From: Podarcis tiliguerta
Lineage: Eukaryota
Length of the DNA stretch: 64,000 bases
Reading direction: 5' to 3' (one strand)
NCBI GenBank assembly: GCA_965153285.1
Contig: OZ229115.1
Below the pieces are notes generated by a model. The model was not told where the DNA came from and did not search any database. It saw nothing but the letters and a program-made list of their open reading frames with translations. Both the position numbers and the translations under genes were made by a program. This document shows positions 1 to 13,024 of this stretch, in pieces. Every line of letters begins with the position of its first letter. Positions within the stretch are counted from its first letter, which is position 1.

Positions 1-939
1 AAGAATATTAGCAGGGGTTGAAATATATCTCTTTTTTATCTCTCTGCTACTTTTTTATTGAATCTCTCTGAGTAGGTGGCTTTCCGCAGGATGACAGCCT
101 CCTGACAGGCCCCTCATTAGAGACTAGACAGTAATTGTGATGCATTTCCCTGCACGGCCTTTTCACTTCTTTCCCCTTCCCCCCTTCCTCCTCTCTCCCT
201 TTCTCCTGATTTGTAAAGTGATTGGATGTACAGACTCGCTCAGTTTCTTAAATTATTGCCCAGCTCAATCCATCTTCCTCTTGCTGAGGATGGGCAGCTG
301 TGGGCTTAGAATCAGGAGCTGGAGACTCAGCTCCTTGTGGCAGAAACAGAGCGCTGACCACTCCTGGACATGGAATATTGGGCTGGAGGGGCCATGGAGT
401 TGGCACTGTTCAGCAGAAGCACAGACCTCTGCTGTCTGAACTCACTGGGTACCGTACCTGTGACTGTAATCCTGGTAAACTTGTGCTCTTCCTTATCTCT
501 ACATAAGTCTCAGTGAGCATGGAACTAAGCTTTAAACTAGGGTGGAACTAAGCCTTCAGTTAAACTCCCCCTTCTCTCCAACCTCTAGTTCAACTCACCC
601 TGTATCCTGACATCATTAAACGGTGTGATTCTCCACCACACTTGTGGCAAGACACACAGTAAGTTGTACTAGGCATTGTCAAAAGGGGAACCTGCCATTT
701 TCAGAAGTAGCGCTGTGTGTATTGTAATGCTTAGATCCATCCTCCCTAAGGTCCTGGCTATTTAAATGTTGTAGTAGATGTTTTTTCAGGACGTGAGGAA
801 ACAAAAGATGTGATTCCTAAAATGCTCCAAATTAGTAGGCAGTTTTTCATACACGGTTCAATAAGCAGTTAAACAAATGGCTAAGCTTTCTGGAAAAAAA
901 AAATTGGGGGGTGAGGGGGTCGTTCTGTTTGAGAATTTA

Positions 940-1360
940 GAAGCATAGAAGTGTAGAGTTTGAAGGGAACCTGAGGGTCATTTAGTCCAACCCCCTGCAA
1001 TGCAAGAATCTTAGCTAAAGCATCCATGGCAGATGGCCAATGAACCTCTGCTTAAAAACATCCAATAAAAAAGAGTACACCACCTTCTGATGGAGTTGGT
1101 TCCACTGTTGAACAGCTCTTACTGTCAGAGAATTCTTCCTGATGTTTAGTCTGAATTTCCTTTTTTGTAACTTGAAACCATTGCCTTGAGTCCTACCCTC
1201 AAGAGCAGGAGAAAACAAGCTTTCCCCATCTTCCATGTGACAGCCCTTTAGACATCTGAATATTGTTATCTCCTCTCACTCTCCTCTTATCCAGGCTAAA
1301 CATACCCAACTCCCTCAATTGTTCCTCATAAAACATGGTTTCTAGACGCTTTATCGTCTT
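940..1360 (-). mobile_element. CR1 LINE 3' fragment (degenerate ORF2 C-terminus plus 3' UTR)
   Basis: Minus-strand peptides YEEQLRELGMFSLDKRRVRGD and GRTQGNGFKLQKRKFRLNIRKNSLTVRAVQQWNQL are typical of the CR1 ORF2 tail. It also carries the 3' UTR motif gcaggggggttggactaaatgaccctc. Confidence 0.9.
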
Positions 1361-1800
1361 GTCAGGGACTGGCAGGGCTCCGAAGTGTGTGTGGTGGAGG
1401 CAGTGGTCAAGGGGAGTGACCCAGGAAAGGGGACCAGTGACATATGAGGTTTGACGCTGCCCACAAGGCAGGACCCGGGGAGGGGGAGGAGGGGGAGAGA
1501 CAGGGCAGTCCAAGATGGAGGAAAGCACATGGAGGAAGAGACTGTTCAGGAGACAGACGGGTCAGTAGACTCCTCACCTTCCTCTGCCCCACTGTCTCCT
1601 CGAACAGTGACAACCTCTGTGCAGGAGGCGTCTCAGGTTGTGGGTGCACAACCTGTCAGGGGAGGGTATATAAGCTGGCAGGGAGGAGGGGTCTCACTGT
1701 TGCCACAACTGATCCACAGGGTATAGAATTGTGTGGGACAGTTGCTTAGTGGCTAGAGGCGTGTGTGCATCTGCATCTGGAGCACGACGAGAGTTGTTGT
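1360..1800. mobile_element. Possible LTR-like fragment abutting the CR1
   Basis: Begins TGTCAGGG exactly where CR1 similarity stops. GA-rich, with a TATA-like gggtatataagc near 1665. No matching second end found. Confidence 0.3.
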
Positions 1801-4079
1801 AAATCAGTTACAGGAATTGGGTGGGTACCAGAATCCCATTTTTAAGATGTCATATTATGGGGGAAAGAGTAAGGGGTCTTTAGTGAAATCCACAAGCCCC
1901 ACTCCCTGCTTCCACCCATTTTAGCCAAATCACAATATGTTTCCCCTGCAGTCTTCTAAATCTGTAGCTAAGAAGGACATCACAAAAGTTAAGGGGGCTG
2001 GGCCCAGTCTCACCCGCTGTAATCCAAGCAGTGGATTTTCTCATTGGCTTGTGCTGTCTAGGGATAAGTTCTCTGCTGGTACTTTAATTATATGGTTGTG
2101 GTAGGCTGAAATCTGAGTGATACAGACTTAATGTATGGAAGATCCTGTTTTAGGGTTAGGGTTACTGAGGTTACTGTTCAAGGCTTTTGTGTCCATTTCT
2201 CTCTTTGGATTTTATGATGTACTCAAGGCCAGGCAAGGACAGTCAAACACTGTTTTTGCGTATTCTGCATTTGCCCCTTTCCCGCTGACCCTTGTCTCCT
2301 GCCTTGCTTTTGGTAGTATTAACTGCCATTGCCCGTATGAGGAAAAGAGGGGAAAGGGGCGGCACTTAAAAGGCAGAAAAAACTAAAGTAAGACATTTGT
2401 TGAGGTGTGTACTTGTGTCCAGCGGGATGAACAAAAAACCCCCCGGGCCTAGAAAACATGAAACAGAATAAAACATGGACCAAACAGAAGTGTGGATGTG
2501 CCCATAGTTGCATAAATCTATTCTGAACTTCTAACAGAAAGCATGACCAGACTGTGATATAAGTTGTCTAGGGAAGTTACAGAAGCAACGTCACTTTTCT
2601 GTCTTAAGTTTCTACGAGTTTCTGCCTTAGAGAGCCTTTGTGGTTCCTTCCCATTTGATACATCAGTATGCAATGGTATTTAAGTGTACTATGCGATAAC
2701 TAATTTGTTTTGACTAGCAATCTATCTTGCACAGCTTTACATCGGCTAAATTTGATCTCCCCCTGAGTCTGCATCCCTGTGCTCTTTTGGATGCATTATT
2801 TTGACACCTGAACAAATTCCTCTTAATTGTCATGTAATTATCATCCTCGGGAGACAGTGACGTGCAGTGTCCTCTTTGGTGCCAAACAAGAAATTGCCAA
2901 AAGAAGAAGGTACAAGAGAACTCGGAAGAAACTTGAGCTGATATCAGTAGCCTGAACAATTCAGCTTGCCTTATAGGGGCTGGATGTTTGGGCAAGTTTG
3001 TCAGATCCCTAGGGGAAAACGTCATTAAAGGGTTGGATCTAAATGCTTAGAATAAAAACAAACAAGCAAACTGTATATGAGTGCCTCCTTACAGTCATGA
3101 GCTGTCAATGTTTCTGGGTGCAGAAGCATCGTTTGGTTGCTCCAAAGCTAATGTGGACCTTCCTTAGAATGATTGTTTTCTGAGCTGGAGGGAGAGGCAG
3201 CTTGTCAGGGCAGATACCTGCTATCAGCCCAGGAATAACAGCAGGCCCATCACCAAGGGAAAAATAATCCCCACAGAACCTTCAGGAGCTTGATTACAGA
3301 CCCTGAGGCTGTGTCAGCATTTCTATTATGTTTCTGCCACTAGGCTTCTTCGCAGCCTGTCAGGCAACAGGTCTCTGGTATGGGGAGAGGGCTGCTCATT
3401 TATTCTGGGGCGTTTCAGAGTAAATGATTTGGGTAGATTTGTTAGGTCAGACACATGTTTATGAAATGTGAGAGAGCGAGAGTGAAATTGCTTTGCTTTG
3501 CTGTTTGGCTGGAAAGCAGCCTTTGTTGCTGAAAATTAAGGGTATGTTGTCACAAAGCGTTGGCTATCAGATTGCTTCCATGCAAAGCACCTACGAATCT
3601 GTTTGCATCCTGGAGCATGTTGCCCTTATCCTGGCACACTGTCTTTCAGGCTCTGTGTAAACATGGCAGATTACTGTGGTGTTGGGGAGCATCTCCACAC
3701 CTACCATAACTCACAGATGCCCACAGAGGGGCAAACACAGTAAGAGTGTCTGCAGCACTGCTTCTTTGAGTTTGTGTGGAAGTGGCAGGAAGTGGGGGGG
3801 GGGGGGAGCAAGCTGTAAAATATTTGCACCTTAAAATTAGAGAAGCCGGGACACTGTCAATGCAGTCATTCAGACCCAAGTGGTGTGATGAAATATTTGC
3901 CCTGATTTGCAATATAGATTCTCAGATATTGCTTCAACAGGGGGCCACAGTTCAATGTGCATTTGCTTGGCGTAGTTGTGCATGTTTGTGAAGCCCCATC
4001 ATGCACAACCACGCTGGATTAAAAAAAAGTAGTGCAGCCAACGCCTTAGTTTGCATATAGGAATCCTTTCTTCTTTTTT

Positions 4080-4640
4080 TCCTTTGCTAAAAATATATTT
4101 TATTGATTTTCTGAGCTGAGTACTGAACATAAAAAGGATAAACAGTTATCTAGACAGAATACAGAGCTTAGTTAATGAAGAAAATAAGTATCAGCTGAAA
4201 TTTGTAGTCACTTATATTATAATATAGGCAGTCAAATAAAGGTGTTTCTCCATAGTGTTCCATGTGATGGTGGTGGGGGGAAACCATGCTCAATTGATTT
4301 TACAAAGTCAATGCAAGCATACCATATTGTATAGAAGGTGTTCGCTTTCGCCCTGGTGTGACGTTCCTTTTGTAAAATGGTTAATTTTTCCATAAGGGTG
4401 ATGTCCCATACTTCTGAGAACCAAGCTTCAAAAAGGTTTGTATCTAGAGTCTTCCAATATGTTGCTATCACTAATTTAGCTGCTGCTAATAACAGCAAAG
4501 TAAGATCGTTATTGGTTGTATCTTGGTTTTGTAAGGCATCCTCTTTATATTGGTTAGAAAACAACTACAACAAACAAACAGTAAATTTTCAAAATGCTTA
4601 TTCTACAGTTTTCCCACAAAAGTGGTGGTGACATCTCTGG
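4080..4640 (-). mobile_element. L1/Tx1-like LINE 3' fragment
   Basis: ORF 4232-4564 (LLLAAAKLVIATYWK...W...MEKLT) resembles the ORF2 C-terminus of non-mammalian L1/Tx1. A minus-strand AATAAA and A-rich tail lie near 4070-4105. Confidence 0.7.
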
Positions 4641-5824
4641 AATGCTTCAGGAATAAACTCATTTTTTTATTCCAGTATGGGGCATTACTACAAGTATCCC
4701 CTCCAGCCTTTTGTGAAGAGATGTTTTATTGTTATGACATCTACACAATGTGCTTGTACCTTAATTTGGCAGCAATTTTGGCTACATCTAACAGCAGAAA
4801 GGATGAAACAGACACTGGGGACAGGAAATTGTGCTGCTGCAGACCCATTGGCCCTGCAAATGTCTTCATATAACCTGAGACAATTCTAGGCACATTCATA
4901 CATGCAGAGGTTCCTCCTGGGTAAGTGATAAAGTTGCTCAGTTCTCAGTGATGCAACCACCATGACTACTTCTTCACAGGCTGCCAGCAGGTGTGTTCTT
5001 GTTGTCCAGACAGACCCACCTAAGGCTGTGATGTGTGAAGGGATTTCACAGAGCTGCTCTTGTGGTTTCTGTGTTGAAGTACCAACCCCCCTCTGCCCCG
5101 CTTTCAGGACAGGAAATATTCAGTTTCAAACACTTAGAACGAAGCATTTATTTGGAGCCCAGGGGAGTCTGCACACACAGGAGAGGGACGTGGCTGGCCC
5201 TTTTCATCTTTGCAGTGTTAGCAAGCCAAGGGCTGCAGGGGAGAGAACAGCCGTGCCAAGGAGGGTAAACACTGGAGATGAACCCTGCTGAGTTACAAGG
5301 GGCCAAAGGGAAGGGAAGGACAGGCAGGGAGGCCAAGCAAACACAAACACAGCTGCCAAAAACAAAGCTTGAAAGGGGCCATTTGAAGCCTGCAGCCTTG
5401 GCTGAAATATGGGGGCGTGGGAGCTCCTGGCACAATGGCATACTCAGACTTGGCACAGACCGGGCAGTGTGGTTGGTTGCTTGGCACCACACTCTCAGCT
5501 GCCTTCTTGTTTCCTTCAACAGGCGTAAGTTGGGAAGAAACAGAAAACTGTACCTGGTGGGTTCCGCGGGAGGTGCCCCTGTAAGGAGCCGATGTTATCT
5601 TGGGTGCTGGTTGACTCACAGTGCTAAAGTCACTCTGGCAACCCTCTGGATGAAATGATTTCAAGTGTACCCTTGAAATGGGTCCTTTTTCCTACAGTGA
5701 GTCTGCATTCTCTCCCTCCCAGTGTCACATAAATTAAGTGATCTGAAAAGTCCATTTCGATCTTAGGCCAGCAAACGATGGTCACCCATACGGGTTACTA
5801 ATCTAGTAACTAGTTTTGTTTCAA

Positions 5825-5843
5825 TGCCGCCCTCTGCTGGCGA
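5825..5843 (-). promoter_or_regulatory. CTCF binding motif
   Basis: The minus strand reads TCGCCAGCAGAGGGCGGCA, a full match to the CCASYAGRKGGCR core, with several CpGs retained nearby. Confidence 0.6.
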
Positions 5844-6626
5844 TCAGATGATCAGCATGCGGGACTGTAGTTTTGGGCAAAACCTTGGCTTCGTATTTTA
5901 ATTTTTTTAAACAGCTGAGAATGTGGGGGGGTTCTTACAAGCAATTTAAAATCATTTTTTTCCTGCCAAAACAAGGAAGAAATTGCCACCAGAAAAAGAT
6001 GGGACAGAAACCCCATTAAAGTTGAAGAGCATTGAGTTGATTGTCCTTTCGTGGCTCTGGGTCACATCTAGTGGTGATGGACAGAGAAGCAGCTCCAAGG
6101 AACATTTCATGCTCTTGCAGTGCTGTGGGAAGGGGACAGCGAGATCACCCTGCATGTTTACCCATCCAACCATGCAGACTGCAGCAGGGATCCAGCAGGA
6201 TTTCCCGTTTGCTCAGAGGCTGCCTGTTTGTTTTAGGAGGGAGGTCTCAGACACCAGCATTGTTACATTAATGGGACTATAGTTATAAATAGCAGCCAGT
6301 GGGGGACCTTCTGGGGTTATTTTGGACTTTGACCACACAAAAGTGGAAAGGCTCCAAGAGGAAGCTGGGGTTGCTCACCCTCCCAGTCAATGTGAGAGGA
6401 TTGTTTAAGTCTGGCTATTATTGAAAAGCAGCAGCACTTTGTGAGTGATGGAGCAACAGTGAGCACTGCAAAACAGGCCAGTTGTTCTCCTTCTGATCCA
6501 TAGCAAGGCTTGCAGCAGGGGTGATGGTAGAAAGGACCAGCAATCTGTCTCTGTTCTGGAAGATGAGTTTAACAATGGCTGAATAAGAATAATCTGAATA
6601 ATTTGCTGGCATGAACTGCAGCATAG

Positions 6627-6837
6627 TTATTACATTTATGCCCCCTCCAAGGAGCTCAAAGTGGCATACATGGTTCTTCTCCCTCCCTATTTTATCCTCA
6701 CAACAACCATGTGGAGTAGGCTAGACTAAGAGTGAGTGACTGGCCCAAGGTCATCCAGTGAGCTTCATGGCTGAGTGGCCATTTGAAGCCTGGTCTCCCA
6801 GGTCTTAGTCCACCCCTCTAACCACTACACCACCCTG
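6627..6837 (-). mobile_element. tRNA-derived squamate SINE (Squam3-like), diverged
   Basis: Minus strand reads GGTGTAGTGGTTAGAG...GGACTAAGACCTGGGAGACCAGGCTTCAAAT...CTGGATGACCTTGGGCCAGTCAC (A/B boxes plus core). Related to the copy at 18374. Confidence 0.75.
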
Positions 6838-9227
6838 TTTGTTTGCTTATGTACATATTCAGTCTAAAGTGAGTGTCACTGGACAAATCAAGATGGCATG
6901 TAGCTGGGATGTCTTATGGGCAATGCACTTTTTAGCATGTAAGTATGCAAAATTAAAAACAACATATTGAGTTCCTTGAAAAGGAGAGGGGAAGAGGCAG
7001 AGGAACCAGGGGCCTACAAAAAAGACCTGGGACTCAGGTTCTTTGGGCTACCTCATAACAGCACTCCTTCACTCCATCCTGATATAAGACTTCTACTACT
7101 ATCCTCCACCCCCCTGAACTCTGATAATTCAAACACCATTTGCAGCTTTAGTTATAAAAGGGAATGATGGTGTGGTAGTTTACAGCAGGGGGAGAAGAAG
7201 CCTTGAGTAAGGTGCCCTCAGTTCAATGCCCTCAATATGTATAGAGAGAAATAAAACCCTAATTCCCATAAAGGGTTCTGTGGTGCACTTAGTGAGTGTA
7301 TTATATAGTGAGGACATTGCTGGTGAAAGACATCTCCCCTGAAGCATGGCCTTGTGCATAATTTGAAGGCAAGGATGAGTCAAGGTTATTTCCAAACTTA
7401 TTTCAGTCCTGTTAAAGCGCCTCCCCCCTACACCTGTTTATGTAGCCCCGGCAAAGTGCTTGTGCCAACATTTTCTCCTTTGGGAGGTCTATTCCTTTCA
7501 AGGGGATTCATTTAACTGGGCTGTGCTTTTTGCTTGGGGCCATAAAATGGCACCTTTTGGCTTTTGATTGGAAGGCCATATTGCACGCAGCCTGCTTTAT
7601 GGCGCATTACTGCCTCTCGCGCGGATTTAACCAATTTGATCCATGTCTAATACATAAATAAATAATCCAGCAGGAACGCTTCACATTAGATGACAATGGG
7701 AAACTATAAAGCATGCTTCCCTTCACGGCAGCCATCAGATCTGGGTGTGCTACGCCCTCTGACGACCAGAGCAGCTATCACAGCTATGGAGCTCGTGCTT
7801 GCAGCCCTGCAACTGTCTAATAATGTCTTTGGTCACTTAGTTGTTTGCCTTTAAAAAATATTTATATGTTAGCAGGGTGCTACATGTTTCTAATGCAGAG
7901 TGTAGTAACATCTCTGAGCAGGGAAAGAAACTAGCTGTAGAACATAGAAAATATAGAAAGCCAAACTGCTGCCGGCTTCTCAACAAAACTCAGTTGTGCT
8001 GCAATAGGCCATGGAGGTCTTTCTGAGGCAATTCAAGTGGTACAGAAATCACTGTCCCTGCTAGTTCAGAGCTCTCAGTATCTTTTGAGGTTGTGACTGG
8101 TTGAATTTGTACCAGAGGAAGAAGCCGAATAGGGTTGGTATAATTTCTAGTACTAATAAATCACATTTCATCACAATCATTTATTTGTATGTCGCCTTTC
8201 TACAGTTAAACTCAAGGTGGCTTACAACATCAAAAGATTTACATAATTACAAAAATATAACAAAACTTAAGTTATAAGCAATAAATGAAAACATCTTAAT
8301 ACACATATAATAAAATAATCTCTACATAATTCATAATAAGGTCTAACAGTAAAGAGACAAAAGCATTATTCTGTACCAGTAACAGTATTTCCAGAATGAA
8401 ATCTTGACTCCAGCAAAAACTCTCTACCCTGATAGCCTCTAGGCATCTTAAGCAGCAGCCCTGCAGGATTCACAGCTAAGATGGTCTCTGACCATTTTAG
8501 TAGCAACAGCTGTTTCTGTGACTGGAGTCAGTCAGCGATCCACCCTCCCAGGCCAGGTAGAAACAGGCCAGCAAAGCAGGGAGCAGGTCTTGCAGGACTC
8601 ACAGCAAAGATGGTCTTCTGCTTGGGAGATCTTCAAAAATACCCGTATATTTCTTAGGTTTTCAGTATCCCTCCTGTTCATCAACACACACACACACACG
8701 TGACAAGTCATTCAAGGAAGTTGCTTGTCTTTTCTGAATCATCTCAAGCTTACAAGGAGCCATGTATATCCAGTTTCTCCCCTGAAAGTTTGTTTACATG
8801 GCTTGAGTGCTAAGTTGAGTGGTAGAAGTGCTTTAGTTCTGCTCGTGGAAGGTTACTATGACTTAATCCTTACTTGCACTTTTGATAGAAGTCTATTTTA
8901 AAACCACATTGTTTCTGCCTCTCCTTAGTGCCTTCTGAGGTTGTTCCAACCAGAGAAATCAATGGCATGGTTGCTAGCAGGGCGATTGGGGACAAAGAGT
9001 TAGAATATTGATGCTGAGTAAAATATACTGTTGTAAGACTCTCTCACTTTTAAGGCCGTTTCATGCAAAATGAATTTCCTTCATGGATATAATTCCCATG
9101 TAAGAAAACTGGGGGTGTGCCCAAGGACCCCATTATAGAAAGACATTGTATACTCTCAACAGTTCTGTAAGGAAGTGATATTTATGTAGGCAAATTGGCT
9201 GGGGAGGGCGAGGTATAAATAAAAATG

Positions 9228-9253
9228 ATTGTTGTTGTTGTTGTTGTTGTTGT
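9228..9253. repeat. (GTT)n microsatellite
   Basis: Direct reading. Confidence 0.9.
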
Positions 9254-9363
9254 TATGTGGTGTTGCCCTCAGTTGTTGTAGTGCCTGTGTATAGGTAACA
9301 TTAGAAAAGTGCAAATATGTTATTGCTGCCACTTCAAGCAGTGGTAAGCAGCAGTCATAGTCA

Positions 9364-9368
<5 letters not shown>

Positions 9369-9395
<27 letters not shown>
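9369..9395. repeat. (CT)n microsatellite
   Basis: Direct reading. Confidence 0.9.
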
Positions 9396-9400
<5 letters not shown>

Positions 9401-9922
9401 ATGGTAGTAGGAGGTGGGGCATCTTGCTTCTTGGCCGATGGTGCAGAAAGAGGCTGCCCTAGTAATTTCCCCTAGCTGCTAGAAGTGCTCCTTCTCTCCC
9501 TTTAATTGCCTCCTTCAGCCATGTTTAATTATAGGATAAGAAGCTGAAGTTAATTTCTTCAAGCTAACTTCCCTCAGCACCTCCCCACAGTCACCCCTTT
9601 CCAAGCTTATAAGGGTCTAACCCTAAGCCAGGGCCAGCTGCTGCAGCCCATTACATAGGTCCAAAGTTCTGTTGAACTTAGCCAATGGTGTGTGGCCTAC
9701 AAGTGCATTCTTGAAACAAACAAGGAGCGGCATTCAGAAAAGCCAGTGGGTAGAAGAGACACAAATTGACTACTGAGCTAGTAATTGAGGCTACAGATAT
9801 TTGTGGGTTGTTGTTTTTCTAAAACACTTTCTATTTCCAAGCTATAAGAGTGGTGGGATGGTACTAATGAATGGATTTGAGGGTACCTGAAACTCAATAC
9901 TCTATCTTGTGTTCCATTACAG

Positions 9923-10052
9923 GCAAAAAGAAGGCAACACTTTTTGACAGCCAGGCTCCCATCTGCCCCATTTGTCAGGTCTTGCTGCGCCCGGGTGAGC
10001 TGCAGGAACACATGGAGCAGGAAATGGAGAAGTTAACACAGCTCAACATCAG
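9923..10052 (+). CDS. RNF220: RNF220 internal coding exon (130 bp; (G)KKKATLFDSQAPICPICQVLLRPGELQEHMEQEMEKLTQLNI(S))
   Basis: Pyrimidine-rich acceptor ...ccattacAG at 9921-9922 and donor GTAAGG at 10053. The peptide matches the recalled vertebrate RNF220 segment KKK..LFDSQAPICPICQVLLRP.ELQEHMEQE. It ends in phase 2, matching the next exon. Confidence 0.96.
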
Positions 10053-12959
10053 GTAAGGACAGCCAGGGTCTTCACCAACTTACGTACTACCACAAGCATC
10101 AGTGTGCATAACCCCAAGACACAGCTAACGTGGGTCCCATCCCTCTATAGTCAGTGTGGCATGTACCAGCTGAGCAGGTGCAGAATTAGGTAATCTTTGG
10201 TAATTTGGTGCCCTGAGCGAGCCCAAAATTTGGTGCCCCCAAATGGATCTTCTCAATTTTGTGCCCCCTCAGCTCGCTGCCCTTTTGTGGGGGAACTGCT
10301 GGCACCGCCCTAGATCCGATGTGGGGGGCACTGGGAATACTTCACTAGCTCTCCGGCTGCTTCTCTCTGTAGCCAGCCCTGCCTGCATTGATGTCTCTGG
10401 TGCTGCTTCACTGGTTTCAGGGAAAGCTCCACGAAACTCCCAGCATGCATTTTTATCTCTTAACCTGTAAATTCCATACTGGCCTAGCCTGCCAATGAAG
10501 ATGAAATTGAAAAGTTAGAAATCTCTGATCCCCTCCCCCCAGCTTTCATCAATTGCAAAATAAATGTTGTGTGATCTTACCAATATGGAAAACAACATTG
10601 CCAAAGAGTTTTGTTGGGGAATTACTGCCTCTCCAGGTTCCCCCTTTCGTGACTCCTATGAACAGCAGCCTCTTTTTCTCAGGCCTCCTTGTCTCCCCAG
10701 TGCAGCAGAGAAGAGGTTAACCATGTGGACACAAAGGTGGAGTCCACCAGCCCACCTCCCAGAGGCTGCCACCTGCCCTGAGGCTGCCTCTCCCTTGCCT
10801 GCTGCTGCTTCTTTCACCAGCGCAGCAAAAGTCCTCTGTGTTTTTTTTAAAATAATAATTGCATTTTAACTGCTAGCAGTTATTTAAGAAATCGCTGCAG
10901 CCAAGGGTTGGCAGATCCCTGGCCTTCCCTTAATAAAACTGCAGCCTGGGAGAGAGCGTGTTTATTTCAATTATTAATGAATTCCCCGGTCATTAAAAGG
11001 TGAAGAAAGAGATCAGGCTGCCGATGGCAGCAAGGTGATGTCATCAGGTGGCTGGGAACAGTAGGAAGCAGGGAACAACCAGGTTTTGGACCGCCCAGCA
11101 CCTCAACAGACCACCCCTCAAGGTTCGAAAAGAGGGCCCAGCTTAGCCTAGAGTCTTTTCTCAGTGTAACAAGGGGGATTATTGGACACAGGTGTAAGGA
11201 ACCAGTTTCCACAGGGTATAAAAAGAGGGGCCTACTGAATCCAGGCTGGACCAAGACCTCCCAGATCCATACCGATGTAGGATCCAGTACCGAGCCAGAA
11301 TCTGCCACTTCTCAGATGGGAGGGAAGGGGGGGGAGGCAACAGCCAAGTCATTTATCCCATGTGACACCCGGTTCCCTTGTGCGCATAATTTATGGTGTA
11401 ATTTGGGCTGCATCCAACTTAATAAAGGGCCACAGCAAATTAACGAACAGGTTTAAATGAACAGAAGCAATTAGCGCTCAGAGGAGCCTGTGGAAAGAGC
11501 GAGGCTAGTCTTGGAGTGGAGCTGGCCGAGAGCAGCCTGTGGCTGGCGCGAGGCAGGGAGGTGGGGGGGAGGTGGCGTTTAATGGGAAAGGAAAGGAAAC
11601 ACTAAATCATAAAGGCTGACAAGGGCCATTGTGGGCCAGCTGACAAATGAAAAAGAATGGCATTATTCCTTTAAATAACCACGGCAGTTAAAGGGGGAGA
11701 CAGCTTACTCCTAGCCCTTGCCCGCTAAGGCTGCATGCATGGGGAAGAGCAATAGCAGGGTCTTTATTAATTATTAACTAATGACTCCTACCATGCTGCA
11801 ATAGATAACGCTCAGTCTCCTCTGCAGATCAGGCCCCAGGGGCTAATCACCAGCCCACTGCTGCATCCTGCCCCAGCCTGGCAGTGGGAACAAGCCACCT
11901 TAAATGTCAGGCTGCTTTTGTGTCTCATGGGAACTGGGGTTCAGGGCTTCCTTGCATAGAACATGGTATATAAACATGGCCTCTTACATGAACTTGCCCA
12001 TCTTCAACACAAATCTCTCTCTGTGTGTGCATGCATGTGTGTGTGTGTGTGTGTGTGTGGTGCTTTGTGTATTCAAGATGGTGGCACCATCCTTCCAGCT
12101 TGTGACCCTGGACACAGAAAAGACTTGGGAGACAGAAGCCATCCATAATGAGAAAGGGAAGCTAATAACCAATCTCAAATAAGCCAATAAACTTGAAAAT
12201 AAAATGTAGGCTTATAAATGTGATGGGCTAGAGTACAGGAGCCCAACATACCTCTCTGCCAAGCTCCAGTCGTTACCAAAATGGCCCAGCAGCTGTTACT
12301 AATTACTGTGGTATGGGAAAATCATCCTGGGAAGTGGGAGAACCTCGCTTGCCAAAGGGAAGGATCTTCTTTTTTTAAAGGGAAGATGTGCCCAACCACA
12401 GATTGTTGTTTCAGCTATTAAATAAACATTAGGGTAAAGGAAACCTCCTGTGGTGTGGGATGAAAAAAGCAGCCTTCCCTGGTCATGGCCACACAAAGAA
12501 TGCCCTGGCCCATATTGTCTTCTCAGCAGGGCATCGGTGTGAACACTGCACAGTAAAGCGATTTGGACATTACTCAGAAGCATTTAACTCCAGTGTTTAT
12601 GAAAAGCACCAGTGGCTCCATGGTTTGTGGCCTCTAAAGGCTTGTTTACACAGCCAAAAAGATTTAGAGGTAATGATTCCAGGGTTATCATCTTGAGGTA
12701 ACAACCTTTATCTGCATTAACAAGGCACTGGGGGATGTTACAGCTACATCTCCTTACTGGTGTTACTCAATAGATGGCATTTTCTCACCAGAGATTATGA
12801 CTTCACTTCAATTTACATGATATTTGTTTGTTTTCTCAGTTATGACTTGCCTTTCTTCCATCATGGAGCCCCCATCCTTTCACTAACCAGACTCAGATCT
12901 GCTTAGCTGCAGTAACGTTACTGTACCATATGCCTTCAGACCATGAATTGGATGGCGTG

Positions 12960-13024
12960 TTGAGATTCCTGTATTGCAGGGGGTTGGACTAGATGACCCT
13001 CAGGGTCAGCAATTCTATGATTCT
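12960..13024 (+). mobile_element. CR1 3' end remnant
   Basis: gagattcctgtattgcagggggttggactagatgaccctc...ttctatgattct, the same 3' UTR as the copy at 940. Confidence 0.75.
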
